Positions 1 through 12,466 of a stretch of 64,000 nt of DNA are shown in pieces. A program made the position numbers and the translations under genes. The notes below the pieces were generated by a model that was given only the letters and a program-made list of their open reading frames with translations, made no database searches and was not told the DNA's origin. The stretch comes from Mobula hypostoma (lineage: Eukaryota), in NCBI RefSeq assembly GCF_963921235.1, contig NC_086097.1, forward strand, positions 43,650,001-43,714,000, in the 5' to 3' direction. Each line of letters starts with the position of its first letter. Position 1 is the stretch's first letter.

Positions 1-2813
1 GATATGTCTTCTTTATTAGATACTTCCATTACAATGGATGAGATTAAGAATGTTATTTTTTCTATGAATCTGGGGAAAGCTCCTGGCCCTGATGGGTTTA
101 CCGTTGAATTTTATAAATGTTTTGCTTCTTTATTGATTCCTTGGCTCTATAAGGTTTTTGAGGCTTCTTTGAAACTTGGTAAACTTCCGGAATCTTTTAA
201 TAGAGCATCAATTTCTTTAATACTAAAGAAGGATAAAGACCCTGCTCAATGTGCATCTTATAGACCAATATCTTTATTAAATGTTGATTCTAAAGTTTTT
301 TCTAAGTTATTAGCAAATAGACTAGAAAAAGTACTTCCTTCTATTATTTCGGAAGACCAAACGGGTTTTATTAAAGGTCGTTACTCTTTTTATAATATTC
401 GTACATTGTTAAATATCGTTTATACTCCCTCACAAAATGTTCCTGAGTGTGTTATTTCTTTAGATGCCGAGAAAGCTTTTGATAGAGTAGAATGGCCTTA
501 TTTATTTAAGGTGCTTGAAATGTTTAATTTTAGCTTGAAATTTATATCCTGGATTAAACTGTTATATTACTCCCCTGTAGCCTCGGTTCGTACTAACTCC
601 TTAAACTCACCTTTTTTTCCTCTCTTTCGTGGTACTCGACAAGGCTGTCCTCTTAGTCCCCTATTATTTGATATTGCATTAGAACCTCTTGCAATTGCTA
701 TTCGAGAATCTTTAAATATTACTGGGATAACTCGGGGATTAAAGTCCCATAAATTATCACTCTATGCTGATGATTTACTTTTATATATTTCTAATCCTGA
801 GAGATCCATTCCTGCTGTTTTAGAGTTATTAGCACAATTTGGTCTTTTCTCAGGTTATAAATTAAATCTTAGTAAGAGTGAACTTTTTCCGATTAATAAA
901 CATCTTCCCTTATATTATAAATTTCCATTTAAATTGATTAATAATTACTTTTCATATCTTGGGATTAAAATTACTTGTAAACATAAAGATTTATTTAAGA
1001 CTAACTTTTTACCATTAATAGACCATATTACTCAACTTTCATCTAAATGGTTTCCCTTATATTTAACTTTGATTGGTCGTATTAATGCAGTTAAGATGTT
1101 TTTTTTGCCAAAATTTTTATATGTGTTTCAGGCATTACCAATTTTCGTTCCTAAATCTTTTTTTGATAAAGTTGACTCTAAAATTTCTTCATTTATTTGG
1201 CAGAACAAGAATCCGAGACTGGGTAAAATACATTTACAGAAAGCTAAGAGAGATGGAGGTTTAGCATTACCTAACTTTAGATTTTATTATTGGGCTATTA
1301 ATATTCGACATATGAAATTTTGGTTACTTGACCGGGACATACTATTTATTCCTAAATGGGTAGCATTGGAATTACAATCTGTTCAGGGTTATACACTTGG
1401 TTCTATTTTAGGTTCCTCTCTTCCTTTTGATTCGAAACGTCTTAAGCAGGTCTCTAACCCGATAGTTAAATATGCTTTGCGCATTTGGTTTCAATTCAGA
1501 AAATTTTTTGATCTTAATCAATTCGGGTTAGCGATTCCTATTTTAGGTAACATATTTTTTCCTCCCTCTTTTACGGATCGCGCTTTTCAAACTTGGAAGA
1601 CTAAGGGTATTTTACGGTTTTTGGATTTATTTTTAGATGGTTCCCTTATGTCTTTTGAACAATTATCTAATAAATATAACTTATCAAGAATACATTTTTT
1701 TAGATATTTACAAGTTAGAAATTTCCTAAGTACTATACTTACTTCCTTTCCAATGCTTCCTCCTATATATATTTTAGATTCGATAATTAACCTTAATCCA
1801 TGTCAGAAAGGTGCATCGGCTATGATTTATAATATTATTATGAAACTTAGGAAAGCTCCATTTGATAAGATTAGGGTAGATTGGGAACAGGAATTGGGGC
1901 TTACCATTTCTGTGGATGATTGGGGGCAGATTTTACAATTAGTTAATACTTCCTCTATTTGTGCTAAACATTCCCTAATTCAATTTAAAGTGGTTCATAG
2001 AGCACATATGTCCAAAGATAAGTTAGCGCGTTTTTACTCGCATATTAATCCTTTCTGTGATAGATGTTCGGGGCAGATAGCCTCTTTAACTCATATGTTT
2101 TGGTCTTGCCCTACTTTGGAAACTTTTTGGAGAGATATTTTCAATATTATTTCTAAGGTATTAAATATAGATATCTCTCCTCACCCTATTACTGCTATCT
2201 TTGGACTACCTAAAATTTCTAGTAATCTTTCCCCTTCAGCCCGTAGAATGATTGCATTTCTTACTTTAATGGCGAAAAGATGTATTTTACAACATTGGAA
2301 AGAGCTTAATGCTCCAACTACCTTTTTTTGGTTTTCTCAGACGATTTTATGTTTGAATCTGGAGAAAATTAGAAGTAACCTTTATGATTCTTCATTTAAA
2401 TTTGAACAGATTTGGGGACCTTTTATTCGATATTTTCATTTAATGTAATATTTACCCTTCTTGTTTTCTCTTCACTGTTTTAATGGAGGTCGGGATTGAG
2501 GACGTGATTTTAAGTTTAACTCTGTTTGGTTTCAAGTTAGCCCATTGCTTTGCTTTGCTTTTAGTTAGTTGCACGGTGGGTTTTTTTTTTTGGGGTTTTT
2601 TTTTCTTTTTTTCCATTGATATATATAAAATCTAGTATACTATTATGTTATCTTGGTTTCTTATGCTTAAATTACATTGTTTGTAGTATTTTCTTTTTGG
2701 TATTGTTATCTTTTGGAATTTTATTATACTTTAACATTGTATTAATGTTTATATGGCTTACCTTTTTTGTATACTTACTCAATAAAAAGATTTAAAAAGA
2801 AAGAAAGAAAAAA
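1..2813 (+). mobile_element. L1-like LINE, 3' portion including 3'UTR and A-rich tail; antisense to the host gene
   Basis: ORF2 is followed by a T-rich 3'UTR (T tracts 2581-2612), AATAAA at 2781 and the tail aaaaagaaagaaagaaaaaa. Confidence 0.88.
4..2448 (+). CDS. L1-clade LINE ORF2 (reverse transcriptase plus C-terminal Cys/His motif), truncated by the window start
   Basis: 814-aa uninterrupted ORF with non-LTR RT motifs KAPGPDGF, YRPISLLN, SLDAEKAFDRV, GTRQGCPLSPLLF and LYADD, plus C-terminal CDRC..LTHMFWSC as in L1/Tx1 ORF2. Confidence 0.93.
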   Translation: MSSLLDTSITMDEIKNVIFSMNLGKAPGPDGFTVEFYKCFASLLIPWLYKVFEASLKLGKLPESFNRASISLILKKDKDPAQCASYRPISLLNVDSKVFSKLLANRLEKVLPSIISEDQTGFIKGRYSFYNIRTLLNIVYTPSQNVPECVISLDAEKAFDRVEWPYLFKVLEMFNFSLKFISWIKLLYYSPVASVRTNSLNSPFFPLFRGTRQGCPLSPLLFDIALEPLAIAIRESLNITGITRGLKSHKLSLYADDLLLYISNPERSIPAVLELLAQFGLFSGYKLNLSKSELFPINKHLPLYYKFPFKLINNYFSYLGIKITCKHKDLFKTNFLPLIDHITQLSSKWFPLYLTLIGRINAVKMFFLPKFLYVFQALPIFVPKSFFDKVDSKISSFIWQNKNPRLGKIHLQKAKRDGGLALPNFRFYYWAINIRHMKFWLLDRDILFIPKWVALELQSVQGYTLGSILGSSLPFDSKRLKQVSNPIVKYALRIWFQFRKFFDLNQFGLAIPILGNIFFPPSFTDRAFQTWKTKGILRFLDLFLDGSLMSFEQLSNKYNLSRIHFFRYLQVRNFLSTILTSFPMLPPIYILDSIINLNPCQKGASAMIYNIIMKLRKAPFDKIRVDWEQELGLTISVDDWGQILQLVNTSSICAKHSLIQFKVVHRAHMSKDKLARFYSHINPFCDRCSGQIASLTHMFWSCPTLETFWRDIFNIISKVLNIDISPHPITAIFGLPKISSNLSPSARRMIAFLTLMAKRCILQHWKELNAPTTFFWFSQTILCLNLEKIRSNLYDSSFKFEQIWGPFIRYFHLM

Positions 2814-3149
2814 TTACATCCACAGTTTGCAATTTAGAAAAATAGTTATCTTATTGAACAAAATCCTGATGGCAAATAACAGGGTAGATCTTGAGATGTT
2901 TCCACCAATGGAAGAATCTAAATTGGAAGGGGTATAGAAACAAGATTAGGGAGAGGTCATTTGACTGTGGTGGACTGGAATCTTCTCTTTGAGGGTGTCG
3001 AATTTGTAGCATTCTCTACTTCAAAAGTGTTGTGGAAGCTAGATTTCAAAGTTCAGAGAATAGGTACAGAAGAAATTAGGCCTGCAGAGATCATATTGAA
3101 TGACAGACATGATCAGTGCATGAATATGGCTTCTCCAGCTCATATTTTC

Positions 3150-3745
3150 TGTCACCATCAAGGCAAGGCTAGCCCTCCTCTTTTCCTTCAATATTCCAAA
3201 TGGACTGTTCCCTCTCCAAAACCCTGGCTCATTCTTTCATCCTAAACAACACTCACCCCCCTTCTAGTATCACTCTTCCAAGAAACCAAGGAGAATCCAT
3301 ACATGCCTTGTTTTTCTTCACTTCCATGATTCAGGAACCCACACATTAATTTAAGGCACAACAGAAATTCACTAGTATTCTTCCAATGTAGCACTCACAT
3401 TCTTTACTCATAAAGTGGTCTCAACATTGGAGAAACCAAATACAGATCGTGAACTGAGTGGAGGCTTTTTGCAAGGGTGACTCTATCACCTTAATTCTCC
3501 ATTCCAGTCAAACCCGTGCCTTTTGTTTCTTGCATTGTTGCAACAAACCCAAAAGAAAGATCAAGAAAAAAAAGCGCATCACATCTCCTGATTAGATACA
3601 TTACAACCCTTAGGGCTTAATACTGATAACCAACTTTTCCAGTTTGTATCAGAATTGCCAGTCATCAACTGTAAGGTTAAACTCAAGTTTCTCTCCTCCA
3701 GACACTTCCTAATCTGCTGAGTCACCCCAGCATTTACTGTTTTTA
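3150..3745 (+). mobile_element. Old, degenerate Penelope-like element 3' fragment
   Basis: Decayed similarity to the GIY-YIG region (ctcaacattggagaaacc ~ LYIGET) and to the tail (ctgctgagtcaccccagcatt) of the element at 49348-52263. Boundaries approximate. Confidence 0.5.
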
Positions 3746-4298
3746 GTGGAAATTTAACACTACTGTACTTTAGCCTCAGAATGTTGGATAATAGGCAAGT
3801 GTAAAATTTACCAGTCTTTGATTATGATCAATCAATGGTGGTTACAAAAGTTTTTCAAAATGTAGCTGAAATGCTAAGGACAAAGACATTCAATTAGAAT
3901 CAGAATCAAGTTTAATATCACTGGCATATGTTTCAAATATTACCGAATTAAAGGTGTTCAATCAGAAGATTTTGAAATCTGATAATTACAACATATTCTA
4001 GAGGAAAAAGTTTATGATATTGGAACAAAATCATAACAACTTGCCTTTTCTGCAAATTAACTTTTGGACTATATGAGATTCAAGAGGCAATCGCTTAAAA
4101 ATAGCATTTTGCTTTGAGCTCAACAAAAAATGCACTTAGCATGTTATATATGCCATGAGCAAAGGTGCCAAATTATATTAGGAGAGGTCTATCTATTCCA
4201 CAATTAGGCATTTAATTTATACAATGGGGGTATTAATTAAATATAACATGAAATTTCAAAAAGTTTAAGTGTTTGTGCATTTCGACACAATTGCCTAC

Positions 4299-4364
4299 CT
4301 GGTTTTTGGAGACTGGGCACATGGACAGTTCCCAGGATGGCCAGTTTCGAAAGGAACCCAGTGT
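4299..4364 (-). CDS. Candidate alternative 66-nt cassette exon of PPP2R5C (TLGSFRNWPSWELSMCPVSKNQ)
   Basis: Acceptor gacttcctttcatcag| and donor CAG|gtaggc; 22 codons, no stop, phase 0/0, matching the phase-0 donor at 6029. No homology recognised. Confidence 0.4.
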
Positions 4365-6028
4365 CTGATGAAAGGAAGTCACTTATGAAGTTTGGTTAAA
4401 AATAAAGCAGTTTTGTCTTGGAAATATGTCAATATTTATGGAAAATGACCTCAGGTCAGGCAAAGCATAGGAAAAGAACACAATACATTTTCCTCCACTT
4501 CTTCCAAACATTTGAATTCAATCTCAATACCAGAGGAATCTTTCCAAGTTCATACCACTTTTCTATTTAACCAGAAAAAGTGATTTAATATCATTTTAGC
4601 AGCTTCCTCACCAACCCCTTGCCCCGTGAACCCAAGCTTTGAGATTGGCCATGGCTGGTCAACTTGGGCTTCTTTGAAAAATAACACAATTTAACAATGG
4701 CTGTATTACTCAATTACAACAAGGGAACTACTGTGCCACCCAGTCACTTGATAAGTTATAAATTTATTAGTGGATGTCCTGTGATATTGTACAAGTAGAT
4801 TCAACTTCACTAGTTAGATCAAGGAAGAAGAGAGAGTGGGACAAATTAGTGCATCAAGGTAGGATAGGAATCAGAGAAGGATAACTATAACGACAAGGAG
4901 TTAGAAAACCAGTATTCTGTTACATTATGGAGAGGAAAAACCAGTGACACAGCAAACTAACACTATATCAGGTAAATAATCTAACTATGGGAGATGCGAT
5001 AAAGTAACAAAGATGGATCTATAGCTACTAAAAGCCATTATTTATGGATCAGTATCACTGGCTCAGAATGAGTCTTTCCAGTGGCCTTCCGCATACTTCC
5101 CAAAACACCCATCTTTGAAAAATTATGAAGAAAATTAGACAGAACACAGTTAACAGGGAACGAGTAAAAGTTGGCCTTGAAGAGGGCTATAATTCCTACC
5201 ACAAACATGAAATTAAAGAACTGAGTGTGGGAGGAAAAATGCACATTAAGTTACCTTCGTTTGTCCAATTGTAGACTGACAGACTTTAAAAACTATATAT
5301 TCTGATATTCATTCAAGGTCAATATTATCACACTTTTGCAAATCAACATTTCCCTTGATGCAGAAATGCAATTTAAACAACTTGCTTGCTGTTTTTAAAA
5401 TTAAATTTATCAAGTTTTTAATATGGTAAAAGTAGAACACTGTCACTTCGGACACTATATATAGACAGGACACTTGAAATACATTTTCCAATAGAAAATA
5501 GTTTTCTTTGTGTCCCTAAATGAATAATTATGAACACAAGAAATTCTAACAAATAGAAGAATTGAACAACATTAATAATGACTGCACTGCTAGTTGAGAG
5601 AACACCTTTCTCCCAATGTCACCAATATATTACACTAACAATTTTCAATGGCTAAACACTGAACAAAAGCAAATGTCAGAAATCAACAAATGCAATTCTA
5701 ACTAATCAATATGAAGAGCTGGTATGGTAGTTAATAGGTATATTACAAGCGTGAAATATGACAAATAATTCCTTTTAAAACTTTGTGCAAATCAGCCAGC
5801 AATACAAGTTTACAAACAAACTGAAATATTTAAATGTGCAAAATGAATTAGAACATTTAATTCCATTTTCAAATTCGTTATTTTGAAACATGTACAGTTA
5901 ACCCTTACAGTTTAATTAGCCTATGCAAACAAAGTTGTTCTCTACTAGAAAATATGAAGTTACTATATTTTTATTGCAGCATGTATTATACTGTCCATAG
6001 CCAACATTTATACCAACAATAAGCATAC

Positions 6029-6101
6029 CTGTGGATTTGCTTTAGCTAGATTTTCTATTTTGAGCCAAGCCTCTTCACGTTCTTTCAATTTTGCTTTCTC
6101 C
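6029..6101 (-). CDS. PPP2R5C: PP2A B56-gamma exon, 73 nt: (K)[24 protein letters not shown]
   Basis: tttag| acceptor and CAG|gtatgc donor; peptide matches B56-gamma [18 protein letters not shown]. Confidence 0.95.
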
Positions 6102-9100
6102 CTAAACATCACAAAAAATTGAAAGAATTAAAGGGCAACCAAAAAATTGAAGACTTTCACAGCTGGAACAAGATCAAACTACTAAAACAATTTCAGTGAC
6201 ATTGTTCACCCGTGCAGAACTATTAACATGCATGAAAGCAACAAAACCACAGAAATTTACAATTTGTGACAACCATATCATGATGTTTATACTCATTATC
6301 AAAGTAATCTTAATTGGTTCGTCTTTCTGTTAATTATCCAATTTATAATAAAATGCCAAGATTGATCCTCAGAAAGGTACTGGGCATGTATCTACTATCA
6401 AAATTGTTTTCAGTTTTCTCTTTGCCTGCTCAGAGCCTAAATAGATCCAATATCCTTAGTTTCCTCTCCTAACTATTGATCCTTTATTATATATTACTGT
6501 GAAGAATATACACAAATGCATCTTTTTACCCACTTCGTACTTTCAATAAGTATCAAGCTCTATCTCCGAATCTGAGCTAGGTGTTTATAGTTTCAAAGGA
6601 TCAACCAGAGATACTTATAGTTCGTGAACAAAACTTTTGCATGTGCCTTTTTTCCCCTCTGGACCTCCAGCCTCTTTCTCAAACACAAGCCTTTGTTGCT
6701 TACCAGCCTAGATCTTCAGACTTACTGTTAATTCACTCTTTGGTCTAAAGCTTAGAACTTTAGGATTATTATAGCTCAGGACGTTGTCCACATCAAGTCA
6801 TCAAATCTTATTTAAGCACTTTTGCCAGTCCTGCTCTCATTAGTACATCCCACAGTCCTGCAAATTCTTTCCAAGTCCATTCTGAAGGTACTAATTGCCT
6901 CCAAACTCACATAAGCAAGGAATCCTTACCACTCTTAGACTAACACAGCTTTGCCGCACACTTATTTTACTTTTTGCCCCAAATTTTGGGTATTTTCTGA
7001 TAGTTGAGATATAACTACTGGGAATTCAATTATTTTTAGCTTGCTCATAAAGTAAAACTGAAAGCATCCTCAGTGCATATTTATCTCTTACAGGTTTTGC
7101 ATTTACTGATTATTTTACTTAGATCTCAGTTACACCGCTGACTGTTCACTTTCCACCCATGGTCTGAATTTAGACTTCGATCAGCCAAGTTCATCATGCG
7201 GTATGTGCATGCAGAACTATAGCACAAAATATGTTTAGTTGAAGGAACAGCTCATTACGGTATCTGAGGGGATTTTCTGGTCTGGTAGTCTGAAATCCCT
7301 TTTCTAATGACATTTTCTACAAATTTGCCATTATTATTACCTCTTCTACTTGGGCTATTACTTTATTAAATCCCACCTTCACTCAACTTTTATCATTTAT
7401 AGGACTGTGACCAAACTATTTTAATGAGGAAATTGAAGGCATCATCCCTGGGTCTTTTGCCCTTTCTTATGATTGCTACCAGCTTTCTATCCTCCCTCTT
7501 GTCCACTTTCAAAATCTCTGACCTCTATGTTGGTTGCTCCCAGATTCTGACCTCAACACCCCTCCCCTTATTGCAGGCCAACAGCAGGGCTTGCCATTTA
7601 CCATCCCAGACTCACCTGCTTCTACAGGAGGGCTCATGAAGTAAATCCATTATATCCCTTGAGTTGTATAAAAAGGTGCTGTGCAAGGAATAAAATGTGC
7701 TCCACTTCAGAAATAAATACGGTTATTGGAGTTTACCAATTACCACATCAAAACAAACAAATTTTACTTTTGAAATTTTGCCCGTCTTGTCTGCAATATA
7801 CCAATTTTTCCTAATACTAATCTCACAATCTAGTTACAACTTAAGCAATTTACCTACAGTTGCTTTCAGAAATCCAAATCCCTAAGTTTCACTTTTCACC
7901 TACACCCCTTAGTATCCTGTTCTTTCACCCTCCCATAAAAGATATTACCGCACAAATCACAATTAATTTCACCTACGTTCAATTAATCTATCTCCTCAAA
8001 GTATCTCAAGTCCATTTTTTGCTACTGGCAAACTATTTACTGTTAACTACAAACTAAAAATTCTATTCCTGCACATATACTTCGCAAATACTAATTTGAT
8101 TTGAGGTATGTTGTATTTCCCGTTAACTAGCTGATAATTCTTGCATAGAACCAAAATGATATTCCTTAAGGAGTAGTCTGTACACTGTGCTTGAGCTAGT
8201 AATAATCTACTTAGCCTTTCACAAAGCTGGATCATTTGTTTACCCTGAAAGTAATTACACAGTACTCCCAAAAATCACCAGATCTATTTCTACTGCCTTT
8301 TCAGGTTTGCATTCCAGAGTACACCTTGCTTAGAAAAGTTGCGGCAGTTCTTCTACAATATGCTTGAATTCTTTTCATTAGCCTTTTGATGGACAACTTG
8401 ATGTATGCTTTTCAATAATCAACACACATGCTATCCAGAACTTACCAATGATTACAGCAAACATTTAATGTTAATTAGACAGATTTCAAAATAATGAAGA
8501 TAGTCAAAGGAAAATAAATTTTCCATTGTTGAGGAAAGTTAAGCTCAAAGCAATGTAATGATGGTTTCTGGGTAAAAAATATTAACCAGCTTTGTGAAAA
8601 CCCAGGTGAGTTATTACAAAGTAAAAGCAATGACTTAAACATGAAATCAAATTCAGAAGATAGGTAATCAATTGTAATGTTTATTTATACTCTTTACAGA
8701 TACTAACTGATTTGTAGAACATTTGCACATTTTCTATTTCAGATATCCAGCATTTGCAATTTCTTTCCTTGAAAATTAGTCAAAGCAAGTCAGCTAAAGA
8801 AATACAAGGGGAGAAGAGAAAGATTGAAAAGGAAAAAATAAAAAGCATGCTCCCAGACTTGATTATCACAGGGCTATACAGTAGGGAAGTAATGGCCTTC
8901 ATTCCTTGTCTACAAATTCAGACTCCAAGGGCAAGGAAATCTTTTGTTGATCAACACCTACTATTTACCTCAGTTCAATGTTGGAAGAAGCACTGAAAGT
9001 AGTAAGGCTACTTAATGTAACAAGGCAGAATGTACTCTAATTGGAAGACTTCAACGTCCATCACCATATCTAGCACCACTACTGATGCAAGATGTAACTA

Positions 9101-9479
9101 CTGATACGAGAGAGATGGGTTGTGAAACTTAGCAGGGATAAACCTGCTTGTTGTTGTCCTCACCGAACTACCAATTCCAAATGCACCTATCCATGGAGGT
9201 GCTGGTAACAACATTGGAGGATCAACCACACATGAAATGCTGGAAGAACTCAGGAGGTCAGGCAGCATTTATGGAAATTAATAATAAGTCCATGTTTTGG
9301 ACCAAGATGCTTCTTCAGATCTCAGGATTCAGTTCAGTAATTTCAGAACTGATGTGCAGCTCAAAAACTAGAGACCCATTAGATTCACAGCCACCTATAG
9401 CTGCAGTTGCATTTTACTATGGTCTGTAACTTCATGCCTTTGTTTACCCTTCATTGCACCATTAACATTAAGAAGAGTA

Positions 9480-9790
9480 GCTGTGGGGAAAGTCGATGTT
9501 AAACCTACAAAGATAGAAATCGACTGGCTGATGAGCATAGTGGGCTAATGTTCCAAGAAAGGCTCTCAGGATTACAGGTGTAGATGAAGCCACAGCTTGT
9601 GAGAAGCTAGCCATCAGTAGCTTACACCACAGACGACAGGTTGCTGCAGCTACTGTGTTATACAAAATGCACACCAGCCACAGCCCTGCAGACCTTCACG
9701 CCATGCTGCCTTCACCTTATGAGAGATGGTGCACCACCCGATCAAGTTTATCTATGCCTGCTCATTCTGTTTCTATGCCTGATGTGAGAC
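9480..9790 (+). mobile_element. Degenerate non-LTR retrotransposon ORF2 C-terminal fragment (L2/CR1 superfamily-like)
   Basis: Reads ALRITGVDEAT..ISSLHHRRQVAAATVLYKMH, resembling the post-RT 'L..RR.va.l..fYK' motif. Confidence 0.45.
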
Positions 9791-9805
9791 CTACTGGATA
9801 GAAGT

Positions 9806-10379
9806 AAACACAAAATACTCTGCAGATGCTGGGGCAACACTCACAACATGCTGGAGGAACTCAGCAGGTCGGGCAGCATCTGTGGAAATGATCAGTCAAC
9901 ATTTCGGGCCGGAACCCTTTGTCAGGACTGAAGAGGGAAGGGGCAGAGGCCCTATAAAGAAGGTGGGGGGAAGGTGGGAAGAAGGCTGGTAGGTTCCAGG
10001 TGAAAAACCGGTAAGGGGAAAGATCAAGAGGTGGGGGAGGGGATAGGCAGGAAAGGTCAAGAAGGAATAGGGGAAAACACAATGGGTAGTAGGAGGCGGA
10101 ACCATGAGGGAGGTGATAGGCAGCTGTGGGAGGGGGCAGAGTGAAATAGGGATAGGGGAAGGGAGGGGGAGGGAATTACTGGAAGTTGGAGAATCCTATG
10201 TTCATACCAAGGGGCTGGAGACTACCTGGACGGTATATGAGGTGTTGCTCCTCCAACCAGAGTTTAGCCTCATCATGGCAGTAGAGGAGGCCATGTATGG
10301 GCATATCCAAATGGGAATGTGATCTCCCCCTCCTTTCCGTTATCCCTATTTCACTCTGCCCCCTCCCCCAGCTGCCCAT
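9806..10379 (-). mobile_element. Penelope-like element 3' fragment (second subfamily) with an inverted terminal segment and a CpG-decayed hammerhead
   Basis: Minus-strand ORF ..DMPIHGLLYCHDEAKLWLEEQHLIYRPGSLQPLGMNIGFSNFQ matches the C-terminus of the 788-aa ORF. About 10324-10379 is an inverted copy of about 10117-10170. Confidence 0.85.
9893..9930 (-). ncRNA. Degenerate minimal type I hammerhead ribozyme
   Basis: CAGTC CTGACAA A GGGT TCCG GCCC GAAATGTT GACTG: stems I and II intact; core changes are CpG-type transitions. Confidence 0.65.
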
Positions 10380-10725
10380 ACTTTAATGGGATACAGTTTG
10401 TCAATATGTTCAGGAGAGTTTCCTTAATCAATATGTAGAGTTCCCAACTAGAGTGAGTGCAGTACTGGATCTCCTGTTGGGGGAGTCAGATACGGCAGGT
10501 GACAGAAGTGTGTGTAGGGGAACAGTCTGCATCATGCTTTGAGATAATTACGGAGAGGAATAGGATAGGTATTCTAAACTGAAGGCCGGCCAATTTTGAT
10601 GGCATCAGAAGGGTTCAGGCAGGTGTACCTTGGGATAGGCTGCCTTCCAGCAAAGAGGTGTTTGGTAAGTGGGAGGATTCGAAAAGTCAAATGTTGAGAG
10701 TATAGAGATAATGTTCCTGCTAGAA

Positions 10726-12466
10726 TAGGGGTCGCCAACCCGTCGATCGCGATCGGTCGACCTTTGAGACTTTCCCAGTAGATCCCAAAAAAAATCAAAA
10801 ATAAATGCACAAATACTGTTGTAATGTGAGCATTATAAAAATCAGTAATACTAATTAGGATAATGGTAATATAGCAATACTTTTGCTACAAAGCTGTTTG
10901 TAAAGAGAGATTGTTTCCGGGTTGAGGGGTTTTAGTTCCGTTCTTCCTGCCCAGTGCCATGTGTGCAGCACCCCCGCCATGAACTGCGTTTTCCGCGTAG
11001 CTCGTGCTGCATCAACGTGACCAATTAAATTAGGTACGCAGTGGTTCCCAACCACCGGGCCACGAAGAATGCAGCGGTACAGCGGTAGTCAGAATGCACC
11101 CAGCACATTTTTAAGAAGAAAGCCAAAATAAACAAGCTAATTAATTAGGTGCCACCCGGCACGTAAATGTCGGCCCAGATCAGAGGCGATTGGCAATTGC
11201 GTTGGGAACCACTGGGTAAGAGTACAGATTGTCACAAACGTCAATATACGGCACTCACTCGTAATATCCTGATAGCATGGCGGAGGCTCCATGAAAGAAG
11301 GAGAAAACGTACAAATTCCATCAAGAATGGGAAGAGGAATTTCTATTTACCTTGGTGAAAGACAAGTGTGTGCGTATGTTGTGCAACCAAACACAAGCAC
11401 TGTCTAAAAGAGGGAATCTGGAGCGGCACCACAACACCAACCACCAGAAATTTAAAGACACCTACCCCACAAAGAGTGCAATTTGTGCCTGAAAAGTTCA
11501 GCTGAAATCGGGGTTGAAGGCCCAGCAATCGTTTTTCACAAAACATGCTGCTATTGAGGCATCATTTCGTGTAAGTCACCTTTTGGCTGAACACAAGAAG
11601 CCTTTTATAGATAGCGATTTATTCAAGGAAGCAATGGCCATTACCGCAGAGACTGTTTTTAATGACTTTAAAAACAAAAGCGACATCACAATCGCAATAC
11701 ATAATATACCGCTTGGCCCTGCAACAGTGACAAGGAGGGTAGAGTCACTGTCAGAGGACGTGGATATTTTTCACTACAATTTGATGAATCCCTGGATGTA
11801 ATGCAAACAGCTCAGCTTGTTGTATTTGTCAGAATGGCTTTCCAGGATTTTACAACAAAGGAGGACTTCCTTACTCTTTTGCAATTAAAGGAGAGAACGA
11901 GAGGTGAGGATATTTACAATGAGTTTAAAAATTATGTCTGTGAAAATGACAACCCCATTCATCAACTGGTGGCAATTACTACTGATGGAGCCCCAGCAAT
12001 GCTCAGTGTGCACGTTGGTTTTATAGCACTAAAAGTCAGTGCCTACTTTGGATCAACTTATCTATGTGAAATTGCATTTTCACAGATGAAAAATTATTAA
12101 ATCTAAGTACAGGAGCTGTCTTACTGACAGACACCTCACAGACTGTCTCAGACTGGCTGTCTGTAGTTGAGCCAAATTTCAGGGAACCAGCAACAAGTAT
12201 TCAGCCCCAGTCATCACACTGAGTGCAACAGTCAATTTTTATTCATTTATTTTTCGTGTTGAAATAAAATTAAATAATGAAACTTAGAATTAAAGGTGTG
12301 AAGTATTGTAATATTCTTAAAGAAAGATATGCTAGTTACAGTGTTTGAATTCTTGTTTGAATTAATTTGAAAGTTTGACAAAAGTATTTTGTGTAATTCA
12401 AATACAATTAGCCCAAAGAAAAGGCGAGGTAGGGGATCTTGGGCTTAAAAAGGTTGGTGACCACTA
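10726..12466 (+). mobile_element. Internally deleted hAT transposon (Charlie/SPIN/GTF2IRD2-like transposase remnants)
   Basis: 15-bp TIRs (taggggtcgccaacc / ggttggtgaccacta, 13/15); perfect 8-bp TSD tgctagaa at 10718-10725 and 12467-12474. Frameshifted transposase: BED-like finger, AQLVVFVR, AITTDGAPAML, FGSTYLCEIAFSQM. Confidence 0.93.
11039..11214. mobile_element. 176-bp hAT-type MITE nested in the hAT element
   Basis: Perfect 14-bp TIR cagtggttcccaac / gttgggaaccactg; no clean 8-bp TSD. Confidence 0.7.

Noticed and set aside
6008..6028. Intron read-through after KANPQ giving VCLLLV-stop as a gamma1-like short isoform
   Set aside because: No similarity to the human gamma1 tail as recalled (VLKKRIT) and no other support.
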